Notes: a model not told the origin generated them from the letters alone. Shown: positions 1 through 10,553, counted from the first letter of the stretch. The stretch is 64,000 bases of DNA from Candidatus Sysuimicrobiota bacterium CSP1-3 (GCA_001443485.1 LDXQ01000001.1:33107-97106), one strand, 5' to 3'. Numbers and translations: made by a program.

Positions 1-1235
1 ATGCGGCGGGTGACGCCCGCTTCGTCGAAGACCTGGCCGCAGTCTGGGATCTGCCGTTCGTCGGCGAGGCCGCCGACGTGCGGCGCCACGCCCGGCAGCA
101 GCGCCTCTCGCTGGAAGCGGCGGCCCGCGAAGTGCGCTACGCGTTCCTCGAGCGCGTTGCCGCCGCGCGGGGATGCACCGCCGTAGCGGTGGCGCACACC
201 GCGGATGACCAGGCGGAGACGATGCTGCTGCGCCTGCTGCGCGGCGGTCGGCCGGGTGGGATGCGGCCGCGGCGGTCGCTGGGCGCCGCGACACTGGTCC
301 GCCCGCTGCTCGACTGCTGGCGCCGCGACCTGCGGGCGCTGCTCGCGGCGCAGGGGCTCGCCTGGCGGGAGGACGCGACCAACCTGGACCTGCGCTACCT
401 GCGCAACCGCGTGCGGCATGACTTGATTCCCGTCCTTGCAGGGTATATCCGAGAGGTACAGAATCGGCTGAAGCAGGGCGCCGATATCCTCGCCGCGGAA
501 GATGTCGTCCTCGACGCGGCGGCCGCGGCGGCCGAGCCCACCGTGATCGCGGGACAGCGGGACGGCGTGCGGCTCCATCGCACGGAGTTGCTGGCACAGC
601 CGCTGGCGCTGCGCTGGCGGCTGGTCCGCCGCGCGGTCGGGCTGGCCGGCGGGAACATCCGGCGCCTCCGCTTCGTCCATATCGAAGAGGCGCTGCGTCT
701 GGCACTCGACGGATCTGACGGGCAGCGACTGAGCCTCCCCGGAGTGGTGCTGGAAGTCCGCGGGACCGATCTGGTCCTCGGGTCTCTCCGCCGGTCTCGG
801 CCCGCAGCCGAGTTCGTCATCCCCGTCGAAGGGCGGGTCGACGCCGAACCCTTCGGCCTGATCGTCGAAAGCGCGGTCCTGCCGGCGGAGGCGGCGGATT
901 TCGCCGACGGGGCGGCGTACCTGGACGCCGATCGCGTGCGGTCGCCAATCGTCCTGCGCGCCTGGCGGCCGGGCGACCGGTTCCGTCCACTGGGGATGCG
1001 GGGCATGAAGAAGGTGGGGGACTTCCTGACTGACGCGAAGGCGCCCCGCCTGCTGCGCTTACGGATCCCGGTGGTCCAGGGCGCCGACGGGACGATCCTC
1101 TGGTTGGTGGGGTGGCGCGTTGCGGAGGACGCACGCGTCACCGACCAGACGCACCGGGTGCTGCGCCTGCGGGCGCGGCCGCGGGTCTCGGGCGGCGGGG
1201 CGGGCGGTTTCGCCCCGCCCGCAGAGCGTGTATAG
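1..1235 (+). CDS. tilS: tRNA(Ile)-lysidine synthetase TilS, 5'-partial (N-terminal PP-loop lies upstream of the window)
   Basis: Frame-3 translation from nt 3 is continuous with ORF 78..1235 (…FVGEAADVRRHARQQRLSLEAAAREVRYAFLERVAAARG…). TilS central and C-terminal domains are recognisable. tilS-ftsH adjacency matches Bacillus. Confidence 0.8.
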   Translation, partial: AAGDARFVEDLAAVWDLPFVGEAADVRRHARQQRLSLEAAAREVRYAFLERVAAARGCTAVAVAHTADDQAETMLLRLLRGGRPGGMRPRRSLGAATLVRPLLDCWRRDLRALLAAQGLAWREDATNLDLRYLRNRVRHDLIPVLAGYIREVQNRLKQGADILAAEDVVLDAAAAAAEPTVIAGQRDGVRLHRTELLAQPLALRWRLVRRAVGLAGGNIRRLRFVHIEEALRLALDGSDGQRLSLPGVVLEVRGTDLVLGSLRRSRPAAEFVIPVEGRVDAEPFGLIVESAVLPAEAADFADGAAYLDADRVRSPIVLRAWRPGDRFRPLGMRGMKKVGDFLTDAKAPRLLRLRIPVVQGADGTILWLVGWRVAEDARVTDQTHRVLRLRARPRVSGGGAGGFAPPAERV

Positions 1236-1253
1236 TCAAACGGGAGGCGTGGC

Positions 1254-3161
1254 GTGCTGAACCGTTACGTGCGCAACATGATCGTCTGGGCCATCATCAT
1301 CGCCGTGGTGGTTTACTTCTTCCTGCCGCTCTACAAGCAGCGCGAGCCCCGCACCGATCTGTCCTACAACCTCTTTCTGAAGAGCGTGCAGCAGGGGGAG
1401 ATCCAGGACGTCAAGATCAGCGACGAGAAGATCACCGGCACCCTGCGCAACGGCGACAAGTTCGTCACCTACGGCCCGGTCACCGAGGAGACGATCAGCG
1501 CGCTCGCCGGCAAGGGCGTGAAGATTGAGTACGAACCGCGCTCCCGCTCCACGCTCTGGCCGAACCTGCTTACGTCCATGCTGCCGATCCTGCTGATCGT
1601 GGGCGTCTGGATGCTCATGCTGCGGCAGGCGCAATCTGGCAGCAACCAGGCCATGTCGTTCGGCAAGAGCCGCGCCCGGCTGCACACGGAGAACAAGCCC
1701 AAGGTCACCTTTGACGACGTGGCCGGCGTGGACGAGGCCAAGGAGGAACTCGAAGAGATCATCGAGTTCCTCAAGCACCCCAAGAAGTTTCAGGCGCTCG
1801 GCGCCAAGATCCCCCGCGGTGTCCTGCTGGTCGGGCCGCCGGGCAGCGGCAAGACGCTGCTGGCCAAGGCCATCGCCGGCGAAGCGGGGGTGCCCTTCTT
1901 CTCCATTTCCGGATCGGAGTTCGTGGAGATGTTCGTCGGCGTGGGCGCCTCCCGCGTCCGCGACCTGTTCGATCAGGCCAAGAAGTCCGCGCCCTGTCTG
2001 GTCTTCATCGACGAGATCGATGCGGTGGGCCGGCAGCGCGGCGCGGGGCTGGGCGGCGGGCACGACGAGCGCGAGCAGACCCTGAACCAGCTCCTCGTGG
2101 AGATGGACGGCTTCGACCCCAACGCCGGGATCATCCTCATCGCTGCCACGAACCGGCCGGACATCCTCGACCCGGCGCTGCTGCGCCCCGGCCGCTTCGA
2201 CCGCCGCATCGTCGTGGACAATCCCGACACGAAGGGCCGCAAGGCCATCCTGGACGTGCATGCCCGCGGGAAGCCGCTGGCCGAAGATGTGAACCTGGAG
2301 ATGCTGGCCAAGCGCACCCCCGGTTTCTCCGGCGCCGACCTGGCGAACATGGTGAACGAGGGGGCCCTGCTGGCGGCCCGGCGGAACAAGAAGAAGATCA
2401 CCATGTCCGAGATGGAGGAGGCGATCGAGCGGGTGATCGCCGGCCCGCAGCGCAAGAGCCGCATCCTCAGCCCGAAGGAGCGGGAGATCGCCGCCTACCA
2501 CGAGGCCGGCCACGCCCTGCTGGCCAAACTGCTGCCCTACGCCGACCCGCCGCACAAGGTGACGATCCTGCCGCGGGGCATGGCCCTGGGGTATGTCATC
2601 TCCGCGCCGCCGGAGGACAAGTACAACTACACGCGCAGCGAGATCCTCGACCGGATCGCCGTGGCCCTGGGCGGGCGGGTGGCGGAGGAAATCGTCTTCG
2701 GCGAGGTCACCACCGGCGCGCAGAACGACTTCGAGCAGGCCACCGAGTTGGCGCGTCGCATGGTCACCGAGTTCGGCATGAGCGAGAAACTCGGGCCGCT
2801 CACCCTGGGTAAGCGCCACGGCCCGATCTTCCTGGGGCGCGACCTGGTGGAGAGCCGCAACTACAGCGAGGAGATCGCCTACGAGATCGACAAGGAGATC
2901 CGCCGCATCATCGACGAGTGCTACGAGCGCGGCCGCACGGCGCTGACGGACCACCGCGACAAGCTGGAGCGCGTGGCCAAGACCCTGCTGGAGAAGGAGA
3001 GCCTCGAGGCGGAGGCACTGGAGCGCGTCTTCCAGGGGCTGCCCGCCGAGCTGCCCGCGGCCCCCGCCGCGGAGGCGGCGCCGGCGGAGGGCTCGCCCGA
3101 GCCCAAGACCCGGCCCGAGCCGGGGCTGCCCAGGCTCAAACCGAAACCCGAACCGTCATAG
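1254..3161 (+). CDS. ftsH: ATP-dependent zinc metalloprotease FtsH
   Basis: 635 aa with N-terminal TM segments. Walker [12 protein letters not shown] region, HEAGHAL zinc motif. GTG start preceded by GGGAGG. Confidence 0.95.
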   Translation: MLNRYVRNMIVWAIIIAVVVYFFLPLYKQREPRTDLSYNLFLKSVQQGEIQDVKISDEKITGTLRNGDKFVTYGPVTEETISALAGKGVKIEYEPRSRSTLWPNLLTSMLPILLIVGVWMLMLRQAQSGSNQAMSFGKSRARLHTENKPKVTFDDVAGVDEAKEELEEIIEFLKHPKKFQALGAKIPRGVLLVGPPGSGKTLLAKAIAGEAGVPFFSISGSEFVEMFVGVGASRVRDLFDQAKKSAPCLVFIDEIDAVGRQRGAGLGGGHDEREQTLNQLLVEMDGFDPNAGIILIAATNRPDILDPALLRPGRFDRRIVVDNPDTKGRKAILDVHARGKPLAEDVNLEMLAKRTPGFSGADLANMVNEGALLAARRNKKKITMSEMEEAIERVIAGPQRKSRILSPKEREIAAYHEAGHALLAKLLPYADPPHKVTILPRGMALGYVISAPPEDKYNYTRSEILDRIAVALGGRVAEEIVFGEVTTGAQNDFEQATELARRMVTEFGMSEKLGPLTLGKRHGPIFLGRDLVESRNYSEEIAYEIDKEIRRIIDECYERGRTALTDHRDKLERVAKTLLEKESLEAEALERVFQGLPAELPAAPAAEAAPAEGSPEPKTRPEPGLPRLKPKPEPS

Positions 3162-3169
3162 GCGCTTGA

Positions 3170-3207
3170 GGGCGAGGGAGGTCTCCTTCCCCGCCCTTCG
3201 TGTTTCC
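3170..3207 (+). terminator. Putative intrinsic terminator after ftsH
   Basis: Imperfect GC-rich stem gggcgagggagg / ccttccccgccc with a 3-nt loop, followed by ttcgtgtttcc. Confidence 0.45.
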
Positions 3208-3297
3208 GCCCGCTGCATTGACCCCCTATCGCCCCAACCCTAGAATGGGCGCGGAAGGCGGCGACAGGACGTCAAACGGACGGAAGGGGGCACGGGG

Positions 3298-3801
3298 ATG
3301 TCCACGCGCCAGATCGTGTACGCTGCGCTCCTCGCCGCGCTGTACGCGGTCATCGGCCGGTTTCTCACGCAATACCTGCCAAACCCGATGGTACGGGGGG
3401 GTTCCATCATTGCCATCAACATGGTGGTGGTCGTGATCGCGGGGATCCTCTTGGGGCCCCGGATGGGTGCGCTCGTAGGGTTCGTCGGCACGCTCCTCAA
3501 CGCGATCATCAGTCCCGCAGGCAGCCAAAGTTTCGAGTTTGTCGCCGTGATCCCGCACACGATCATGGGGTACGTGGCGGGCCTGCTGGGTCGGGCTAAT
3601 CAGATCGTGGCCGCGTTCGCCATCCTCGTGGGCCACGGGCTGAACATTGTCGGCTTCCTCCTGGTCGGGCTGCTGCCGTTCAGTGCCGTGGCGGTTGCCG
3701 TCTTTTGGGTCGGTCTGGCCACGGAGACGGTGATCGATCTGATCGTCATCTGGATTACAGTGGCGGCGCTGCGGCCGCTCGTCCGCCAACTGCCGGCCTG
3801 A
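3298..3801 (+). CDS. ECF-transporter substrate-specific (S) component, 5-6 TM (niacin/NiaX-like inferred from neighbour)
   Basis: 167 aa, all-hydrophobic, small S-component architecture. Sits immediately upstream of a nicotinamidase-like gene. No EcfA/EcfT genes adjacent. Confidence 0.55.
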   Translation: MSTRQIVYAALLAALYAVIGRFLTQYLPNPMVRGGSIIAINMVVVVIAGILLGPRMGALVGFVGTLLNAIISPAGSQSFEFVAVIPHTIMGYVAGLLGRANQIVAAFAILVGHGLNIVGFLLVGLLPFSAVAVAVFWVGLATETVIDLIVIWITVAALRPLVRQLPA

Positions 3802-3811
3802 GGGAGAACGC

Positions 3812-4411
3812 GTGGCGGTCACGCTGCAGGTCCCCGAGTACACGGTTGAGCGGGAGGTCACGGTTCAACCCCGGACCACCGCGCTCATCGTCGTGGACAT
3901 GCAGAACGATTTCGTCAAGCCGGGTGGGGCGCTGGTAGTCGAGACCGCCGCGGCCACCATTCCGGCGATCCAGCGGCTGCTCGCGCTGGCGCGGGCGAAG
4001 GGGATGAAGGTCTTCTTCACGCAGGACACCCACGAGGAAGGGGACATCGAGTTCCCCATCTGGGGGCCGCACGTGCTGCGCGGCACGTGGGGCTGGCAGA
4101 TCGTGGACGAACTGGCCCCCCGGCCGGGGGAGCGGGTGATCGAGAAGCTGCGCTACGATGGGTTCTTCGGTACGCCGCTGGACCACGAACTACGTCTGGC
4201 CGGCATCCAGACCGTGATCGTCTGCGGCACCGTGGCCAACATCTGCGTGCTGCACACCGCCGGCAGCGCGGCGCTGCGCGGCTACCGGGTGGTCCTGCTC
4301 ATCGACGCGATCTCCGCGATCATCCCGTTTGACCAGCAGGCGGCCATCCGCCAGGTGCACTTCCTATACCGGGGTGTGATCACGACCAGCGAGGCGATCC
4401 GGGCGGCCTGA
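3812..4411 (+). CDS. pncA: Isochorismatase-family cysteine hydrolase, nicotinamidase/pyrazinamidase-like (PncA)
   Basis: 199 aa. VVDMQNDF motif (catalytic Asp), conserved Lys and Cys (VCGTVANICV). GTG start after GAGGGAG. Confidence 0.7.
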   Translation: MAVTLQVPEYTVEREVTVQPRTTALIVVDMQNDFVKPGGALVVETAAATIPAIQRLLALARAKGMKVFFTQDTHEEGDIEFPIWGPHVLRGTWGWQIVDELAPRPGERVIEKLRYDGFFGTPLDHELRLAGIQTVIVCGTVANICVLHTAGSAALRGYRVVLLIDAISAIIPFDQQAAIRQVHFLYRGVITTSEAIRAA

Positions 4412-4453
4412 AGATGGGCGCGCCGGCAGCGTTGACTTCTCCGGAGGTGTGAT

Positions 4454-4981
4454 GTGGCACGGGCACGAGTCGGAGGCCTCTCCCGCAAGACCGGCATCAA
4501 CCCGGTGCCGATCATCATCTTTGTCCTCGTCGCCGCGCTGGTGGGCGCGGGACTCTTCGCCTGGGATTACAGTTGGCGGAAGAAGCAGGAGGAGGCGACG
4601 AAGCCGCCGGCCCCGGACGTCATCGTACGCAGCCTGATCGAGAACATCATCGGCAAGGACACGGTCAAGGGGGTCAAACTGGACACCGCTACCGGGACGG
4701 TGAACGCGACGTTTGAATCGGCGACCTTCAAGCCCGAAGAGGCGCAGAAAGACCCACAGAAGTGGGTGCAGAACTCCCGGGAGTTTCTCACCGCCGAGGC
4801 GCAACTGGCCAGCGACATCATCCTGAACGTGCCCCAACCGATCCTGGCGCAGGTGCCGGCGATGGGGGACATCAAGACGGTCGCCCTGACCATCGTCTAC
4901 CAGGAGGCGACGCTCGCCACCGCGGTGGCTGAGCGCGGCAAGGAGATCCAGGTTACCTTCGTGGATTCCCGCCTGAAGTAG
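4454..4981 (+). CDS. Hypothetical membrane-anchored protein (single N-terminal TM)
   Basis: 175 aa ORF with a hydrophobic N-terminus (PIIIFVLVAALVGAGLFAW). No recognisable domain. Confidence 0.45.
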   Translation: MARARVGGLSRKTGINPVPIIIFVLVAALVGAGLFAWDYSWRKKQEEATKPPAPDVIVRSLIENIIGKDTVKGVKLDTATGTVNATFESATFKPEEAQKDPQKWVQNSREFLTAEAQLASDIILNVPQPILAQVPAMGDIKTVALTIVYQEATLATAVAERGKEIQVTFVDSRLK

Positions 4982-4989
4982 CGATCCCC

Positions 4990-6504
4990 GTGGAGGTGTT
5001 GATCGGGGAACGCCTCACCCTCGAGGACCTCCGCCGGGTGGTCTTTGCGCGCGCGCCTGTCGCCCTGGCTCCGCAGGCGGTGGAACAGGTGCGCCGCGCC
5101 CGCGCCGTGGTCGACGGGCTGGTGGCGCGCGGCCAGGTGGTCTACGGCATCACCACCGGCGTGGGCGACCTGGCCACGGTGGCCATCTCCCCGGATCAGG
5201 CCGCCGCCCTGCAGGCCAACATCGTCCGCAGCCACGCCGCGGGCGTGGGGGAGCCGTTGCCGGCCGAGGTCGTGCGCGCCATCATGCTGCTGCGCGCGCA
5301 CACCCTGGCCCTGGGCTACTCCGGGATCCGGCTTGAGACGCTCCAGACGCTCATCGCCATGTTGAACGCTGGCGTCGTTCCCCTGATCCCGGCGCAGGGG
5401 TCGGTCGGGGCGAGCGGCGACCTGGCCCCGCTGGCGCACCTTGCCCTGGTGGTGATGGGGGAGGGGCGCGTCCTCACGGAGGGCGGGAGCCGGCCCGCGG
5501 CGGATGCGCTGCGCGAGGTCGGGGTGCAACCTGTGATCCTCGCCGCCAAAGAGGGCGTGGCCCTGATCAACGGGACACAGATGATGACCGCGGTCGGCGC
5601 CCTGGCGCTGCTGCGCGCGGAGGTCGCCGCGAAATCCGCGGACGTGACCGGGGCGATGACCGCGGAGGCGCTGCTTGCCCTGCCCGCGGCCTTCGACGCC
5701 GACTTGCACCGCGTCCGCCCGCACCCCGGGCAACAGACGAGCGCCGAGAACCTGCGCCGGCTGCTCGGGGAGTCCCACCTGGGCCGGCCGGCGGACCGCG
5801 TCCAGGACGCCTATGCCCTGCGCTGCATGCCGCAGGTGCACGGCGCGGCGCGGGACGGGATCGCCTACGCGCGGCGGGCGGTGGAGACCGAGATCAACTC
5901 CGCAACCGACAACCCACTGATCTTCGCCGAGGCGGGGAAGGTCGTCTCCGGCGGCAATTTTCACGGGCAGCCGGTGGCCCTGGCGCTGGACGTGCTGGCC
6001 ATCGCCACCGCCGCGCTGGCGACCATCGCGGAGCGGCGCATCGAGCGCCTGGTCAATCCGCACCTGAGCGGGCTGCCCGCCTTCCTCACCAGAGAGGGCG
6101 GCCTGCACTCCGGGTTGATGCTGGCGCAGTACACGGCGGCGGCGCTGGTCTCGGAGAACAAGGTCCTGGCGCATCCCGCCAGTGTGGACACGATCCCCAC
6201 CTCGGCCAACCAGGAGGATCACGTCAGTATGGGCAGCATCGCCGCGCGCAAGGCGGCGCGGGTGGTGGAACACGTGGCGCAGGTCATGGGGATCGAGGCC
6301 CTCTGCGCCGCCCAGGCGCTGGAGTTCCGCGACTTCGAGCAGGCCGCGCCCGCCGTGCGCGCCGCATATCGAGCCGTGCGCCGGGTGATCCCGCCGCTGG
6401 AGCGCGACCGCGTCCTCGCGGACGATCTGGCGCAGGCCCACGCCCTTGTGGTCGGAGGGGCGTTGGTGCAGGCGGCAGAAGAAGTCACCGGCCCGTTGGG
6501 ATAG
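4990..6504 (+). CDS. hutH: Histidine ammonia-lyase
   Basis: 504 aa. MIO-forming ASG triad ([16 protein letters not shown]). Full-length similarity to the HAL/PAL family. Confidence 0.95.
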   Translation: MEVLIGERLTLEDLRRVVFARAPVALAPQAVEQVRRARAVVDGLVARGQVVYGITTGVGDLATVAISPDQAAALQANIVRSHAAGVGEPLPAEVVRAIMLLRAHTLALGYSGIRLETLQTLIAMLNAGVVPLIPAQGSVGASGDLAPLAHLALVVMGEGRVLTEGGSRPAADALREVGVQPVILAAKEGVALINGTQMMTAVGALALLRAEVAAKSADVTGAMTAEALLALPAAFDADLHRVRPHPGQQTSAENLRRLLGESHLGRPADRVQDAYALRCMPQVHGAARDGIAYARRAVETEINSATDNPLIFAEAGKVVSGGNFHGQPVALALDVLAIATAALATIAERRIERLVNPHLSGLPAFLTREGGLHSGLMLAQYTAAALVSENKVLAHPASVDTIPTSANQEDHVSMGSIAARKAARVVEHVAQVMGIEALCAAQALEFRDFEQAAPAVRAAYRAVRRVIPPLERDRVLADDLAQAHALVVGGALVQAAEEVTGPLG

Positions 6505-6544
6505 CGCCGCGGGATGGCGATGGCGCAAAGGCAGGGAGATAGTC

Positions 6545-8203
6545 GTGGGTGAGACGGGACCGAGGATCGTGCGGGCGCCGCGGGGGACGGCGCGGACCTG
6601 CAAGGGGTGGGGGCAGGAGGCCGCCCTGCGCATGTTGATGAATAACCTGGACCCCGAGGTGGCGGAGCGCCCCGAGGAGTTGATCGTCTACGGCGGCACG
6701 GGCAAGGCCGCGCGCTCCTGGCCGGCCTTCGACGCCCTCGTCCGCACGTTGCAGGAACTGGAAAACGACGAGACGCTGCTGGTGCAGTCCGGCAAACCGG
6801 TGGCGGTCTTCCGCACCCACGAGTGGGCGCCGCGCGTCGTCATCAGCAACGCCATGCTCGTGCCGGCCTGGGCCACCTGGGAGAAGTTCTGGGAACTGGA
6901 GGCCCTGGGCCTGACCATGTTCGGGCAGATGACCGCCGGGTCCTGGATCTACATCGGCACGCAGGGGATCCTGCAGGGCACCTATGAGACCTTCGCCGCC
7001 GTCGCCCGGCGGCACTTCGGCGGGTCGCTGCGCGGGCGTGTCGTCCTGACCGCGGGGCTGGGTGGGATGGGCGGCGCGCAACCCATGGCGATCACGATGA
7101 ATGAGGGAGTCGCGCTGATCGTCGAGGCCGACCCCGCGCGCATCCACCGGCGCCGGACGGCGGGGTGGGTGGACCGCGCCACCGACCGCCTGGACGAGGC
7201 GCTGCGCTGGGTGGAGGAAGCACGGCGGGGACAGACGCCGCTGTCGGTGGCGCTGCTGGGCAACGCCGCGGAGACGCATCCGGAACTGCTGCGCGCCGGC
7301 TTCGCCGCGGACGTCGCCACCGACCAGACCTCGGCCCACGATCCGCTGGGGGGTTACATTCCCGCGGGTGTTGCGGCTGAGGAGGCGGTGCAGCTGCGCC
7401 GGCAGGATCCGGATCGGTACGTCCGCATGGCGCGCGAGTCGATCGCCCGCCACTGCGAGGCGATGGTGGAATTCCAGAGCCGGGGTGCGGTCGTCTTCGA
7501 CTACGGGAACAACCTGCGCGGTCAGGCGAAGGAGGCCGGTTACGCGGAGGCGTTCAGTTACCCCGGGTTCGTGCAGGCCTACATCCGGCCGCTCTTCTGC
7601 GAGGGCAAGGGTCCGTTCCGCTGGGTGGCGCTCTCCGGCGATCCGCGGGACATTCACACGACGGACGAGGCGATCCTGCACCTCTTCCCGCAGGACGAGC
7701 CCCTGGCCCGTTGGATCCGGCTGGCCCGCGAGCGGGTGCCGTTTCAGGGGCTGCCCGCGCGCATCTGCTGGTTGGGCTACGGAGAACGCGCGGCGGCGGG
7801 GCTGGCCTTCAACGATCTGGTGCGCGAGGGGAAGGTGCAGGCGCCGATCGTCATCGGGCGCGACCACTTGGACGGCGGGTCGGTGGCCTCCCCCAACCGC
7901 GAGACCGAGGGGATGCGCGACGGCTCGGATGCCATCGCCGACTGGCCCATCCTGAACGCTCTGGTGAACACCTGCGCCGGCGCCACCTGGGTCTCGGTGC
8001 ACCACGGCGGCGGAGTGGGGATCGGCTACTCCATCCACGCCGGGCAGGTGATCGTCGCGGAGGGAACCCCGCTGGCGGCCCAGAAATTGGAGCGTGTCCT
8101 CACCACCGACCCGGGAACTGGAGTGGTGCGCCACGCCGACGCCGGCTATCCCGAAGCGCTGGCGGCGGCGCGACGGCACGGGATCAAGATGCCGCTGGGC
8201 TAG
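6545..8203 (+). CDS. hutU: Urocanate hydratase
   Basis: Urocanase signature (…[32 protein letters not shown]…). GTG at 6545 is chosen because the ORF-track start at 6446 overlaps hutH. Start is uncertain. Confidence 0.9.
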   Translation: MGETGPRIVRAPRGTARTCKGWGQEAALRMLMNNLDPEVAERPEELIVYGGTGKAARSWPAFDALVRTLQELENDETLLVQSGKPVAVFRTHEWAPRVVISNAMLVPAWATWEKFWELEALGLTMFGQMTAGSWIYIGTQGILQGTYETFAAVARRHFGGSLRGRVVLTAGLGGMGGAQPMAITMNEGVALIVEADPARIHRRRTAGWVDRATDRLDEALRWVEEARRGQTPLSVALLGNAAETHPELLRAGFAADVATDQTSAHDPLGGYIPAGVAAEEAVQLRRQDPDRYVRMARESIARHCEAMVEFQSRGAVVFDYGNNLRGQAKEAGYAEAFSYPGFVQAYIRPLFCEGKGPFRWVALSGDPRDIHTTDEAILHLFPQDEPLARWIRLARERVPFQGLPARICWLGYGERAAAGLAFNDLVREGKVQAPIVIGRDHLDGGSVASPNRETEGMRDGSDAIADWPILNALVNTCAGATWVSVHHGGGVGIGYSIHAGQVIVAEGTPLAAQKLERVLTTDPGTGVVRHADAGYPEALAAARRHGIKMPLG

Positions 8204-8260
8204 GCCGCCCGGGGCGGGCCTGGTAGGGAATCCCCCGGCCTGGGAGGAACTGTAGACGGC

Positions 8261-8647
8261 GTGTTTGCCATCAACTTCTACTCATCGGTGTTTGGCGAGA
8301 TGCTCCGGCAGGGGCGCAAGACCGCGACCATCCGCCTGGGAGACAAGCGCGAGAAATATCAGGAGGGGCAGATCGTCTGGCTGACGGTGGGGCGCCGCTT
8401 CGGCACGCGGCGCAAAGTGGCCACAGCGATCATCGACCGGGTGGAGTTCAAGCGCCTCTCCGAGGTCACGCCGCGGGAGATCGAGCGGGACAACCCCGTC
8501 CTGCGCCGCCATGAAGAACTGCTGGATTTCCTGGCCAAGATCTACGGTCGCAAGATCTCCCTGGACGATCAGGTCACGGTGATCCACTTCTCCCGCATCG
8601 AAGAGGGGCCGGAGGCTCCGGTCAGCGTTCTGACCGAACCGGAGTAA
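8261..8647 (+). CDS. ASCH (PUA-like) domain protein
   Basis: 128 aa, ASCH-like beta-barrel pattern (GRKTATIRLGDKRE…GQIVWL). Weak assignment. Confidence 0.45.
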   Translation: MFAINFYSSVFGEMLRQGRKTATIRLGDKREKYQEGQIVWLTVGRRFGTRRKVATAIIDRVEFKRLSEVTPREIERDNPVLRRHEELLDFLAKIYGRKISLDDQVTVIHFSRIEEGPEAPVSVLTEPE

Positions 8648-8780
8648 GCCTCCGGCGAGAACTCTGCGCCGCGGGGATCCGCTTCCTCCCCGCCAGAGTG
8701 GCCCTGGGGCGTGCAGCCGGGCCGCCGGGCGTGTACACTAACGGGCGGCAGTTCGAATCCAGACGTGAGGTGAGAATGGC

Positions 8781-9134
8781 ATGCACAGGCTCTTCGGTCT
8801 AGTCGTCGTCCTACTGGCGGGGCTCGCGATCGTCACGCCCCTTCTGGGGGCCCCCGCGCCCGTGGCGCTGACGGCGACGGAGTTCAAGTGGGCACCCAAG
8901 GACGTGAGCGTGGCCGCCGGCGACGTCACCTTCAACGTGGTGAACAAGGGCACGGTGGAGCACAACTTCGTCGTCGAAGACCCCAAGGGGAAGGTCCTGA
9001 AGGAGGTCGACTCCATTCAGCCGGGGAAGTCCGCCCAGGTGAAGGTGAACCTGAAGGCCGGGAAGTACGCCATCGTCTGCACCGTGCCGGGGCACCGGGA
9101 GGCCGGCATGGTGGCCACCCTGACCGTCAAGTAG
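8781..9134 (+). CDS. Secreted type-1 blue copper protein (cupredoxin, plastocyanin/amicyanin-like)
   Basis: Signal peptide, then copper ligands His (EHNF), Cys-x2-His (CTVPGH) and Met (GM). Confidence 0.75.
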   Translation: MHRLFGLVVVLLAGLAIVTPLLGAPAPVALTATEFKWAPKDVSVAAGDVTFNVVNKGTVEHNFVVEDPKGKVLKEVDSIQPGKSAQVKVNLKAGKYAIVCTVPGHREAGMVATLTVK

Positions 9135-9154
9135 GCCAGTCTCAGGTGTGACCG

Positions 9155-9889
9155 TCACGATGGGGCCGGACGATTTGTGTCGTCCGGCCCCGTCACGTCT
9201 TCGTCGGGCATGGGCACGCGCCCCTCGTCCAGCGCCCGGGCGCGGTGGGCGTGCGCTGCCGCCTGGCGCCAGAGGTAGACGACGAACGGGATGACGGCAA
9301 AGGCGAGGTAGGAGCGCGAGAAGACAAAGGCGTCGTAGAGCATGTGCGCCAGCGTCGCCAGCAGCACGCCGGTGATCAGCCAGCCCACCTCGCGCCGGCC
9401 GGCGAACTTGGCCAGCCCCATGTGAAATCCCATCACCGCGCCGAAGAAGGCATGCCCCGGTACCGCCAGGAACGCCCGCAGGATCCCCACGGTCGCGCCG
9501 CCCTGCAGGACGTACGCCAGGTTCTCCACGGTGGCGAAGCCGAGCGCGGCCGCGACGGCATAGACAATCCCGTCCATCACCTCATCGAACGCGACGTGCC
9601 GGTAGATGCCGAAGTAGACGGGGAAGAACTTCAGGACCTCCTCGATCAGGGCGATGGCGGCCGCCGCGGCGAGAATGCGCGGTGCCTTGCCGCCTTCCAG
9701 CGAGATGCCCGTCGTGCGGAAGACGCCGACTTCGATCAACGCGGCGGCGAACGCGGCGGCCGCTCCCAGGAAGAAGACGCGGGCGACGAGCGCGCGGGGT
9801 TCGGGGCGCATCCGGTCGCGCAGGCGGAAATACCACAGCCAGAAGATGCCTGGGGCAACCGCCAGCGCGACCAGTACGACCGGGGCCAA
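9155..9889 (-). CDS. PrsW-family intramembrane metalloprotease
   Basis: 244 aa, multi-TM. EExxK motif (IEEVLKF), conserved His-containing TM motifs, C-terminal HMLYD. Confidence 0.65.
   Translation of the reverse strand: MAPVVLVALAVAPGIFWLWYFRLRDRMRPEPRALVARVFFLGAAAAFAAALIEVGVFRTTGISLEGGKAPRILAAAAAIALIEEVLKFFPVYFGIYRHVAFDEVMDGIVYAVAAALGFATVENLAYVLQGGATVGILRAFLAVPGHAFFGAVMGFHMGLAKFAGRREVGWLITGVLLATLAHMLYDAFVFSRSYLAFAVIPFVVYLWRQAAAHAHRARALDEGRVPMPDEDVTGPDDTNRPAPS
9162..9191. terminator. Perfect GC-rich hairpin between convergent genes (possible bidirectional terminator, no U-tract)
   Basis: ggggccggacga-tttgtg-tcgtccggcccc, a 12-bp perfect stem. It overlaps the last codons of the minus-strand PrsW ORF. 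Confidence 0.35.
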
Positions 9890-9895
9890 TGGCCG

Positions 9896-10126
9896 CTATC
9901 CTGTTCCAACCGGAGGGCGCACTGCCGGCCCGGGCTGCTCCAGGCGGACCACCTGTTCACCCTCCCCGCCGCGGAGATCGTCCCACCCGTGGGCCCGTAG
10001 CGCTTCGACCAGCGTGGTCAACGGCACCCGCCCCCGCGCGCCCAGCACGAGACCCACCTGCTCCGGCCGGTGGCGAAGGATCAGAGTAAGGAATTTGCTC
10101 AGGCGAATGCGGCGTTCGGGATGCAT
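9896..10126 (-). pseudogene. kptA: N-terminal remnant of RNA 2'-phosphotransferase KptA/Tpt1 (C-terminal catalytic half absent)
   Basis: MHPERRIRLSKFLTLILRHRPEQVGLVLGARGRVPLTTLVEAL matches the conserved KptA N-terminus (SKFLSxVLRHKPE…). The ORF ends ~45 aa later, directly abutting the prsW start. Confidence 0.4.
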
Positions 10127-10222
10127 TGCCGATCCTGCGGCCAAAGTGTCACATAGCCTTCGCGCGCTGCCCCGGGGTTCCTGCCGCAGCGGTACCCCCA
10201 TGTTATCGTAGAGGCTGGTTGA

Positions 10223-10450
10223 CCTGCGCCGGAGGACCAATGGATAGGCATCATCGGCTCCTACGTGGGCTTCCTCCTGCTCTTTACCATGATCCAGCGG
10301 TTCGGAGCGACGACCGCCGCGCTGCCGGCGTTTGTGACACCCGTGGCCGCCGCCATCTTGGGCGCGTTCGTCCTCCGGGAGGTCATCACCTTGCCGCTTG
10401 TTGTCGGCGCCACCATTATCCTCACGGGCGTCTTCCTGGCGAGCCGCTGA
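10223..10450 (+). pseudogene. C-terminal fragment of an EamA/DMT-family transporter
   Basis: Open frame after a TGA encodes …WIGIIGSYVGFLLLFTMIQRFGATTAALPAFVTPVAAAILGAFVLREVITLPLVVGATIILTGVFLASR, the typical last two TM helices of EamA. No upstream remainder in any frame. Confidence 0.4.
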
Positions 10451-10483
10451 CGCGCCCGCACCGTCTCAGAGAATTGGCCGTGC

Positions 10484-10512
10484 TTGAGCGCGTTTTGGGC
10501 ATGGTGTAGGCT
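10484..10512 (+). promoter_or_regulatory. Candidate sigma-70-type promoter upstream of the formiminotransferase gene
   Basis: TTGAGC, 17-nt spacer, TAGGCT. Weak -10. Confidence 0.25.
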
Positions 10513-10553
10513 CAACGCGGGAGCGCCGCAGCCGGCGACTCCCGGGGTGGCGC

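Noticed and set aside
1236-2954. 572-aa minus-strand ORF antisense to ftsH. Other long antisense or alternative-frame ORFs include 4897..6633, 6485..8179, 12609..13755, 19194..21677, 26760..28097, 28151..29131, 30316..32196, 30522..32072, 36503..37519, 41511..42503, 44485..45438, 49217..50299, 51072..52343, 53355..54170, 55351..56271, 57171..58286, 61638..62588 and 62680..63513.
   Set aside because: Very high GC depletes stop codons in all frames. These ORFs have Arg/Ala/Gly/Pro-rich low-complexity translations and no domain signatures. Each is fully covered by a well-supported gene with strong GC3 bias in another frame.
6446-6544. N-terminal extension of hutU to the ORF-track start at 6446
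   Set aside because: It would overlap hutH by ~60 nt and encodes an Arg/Trp-rich stretch absent from urocanases. GTG 6545 gives the canonical N-terminus.
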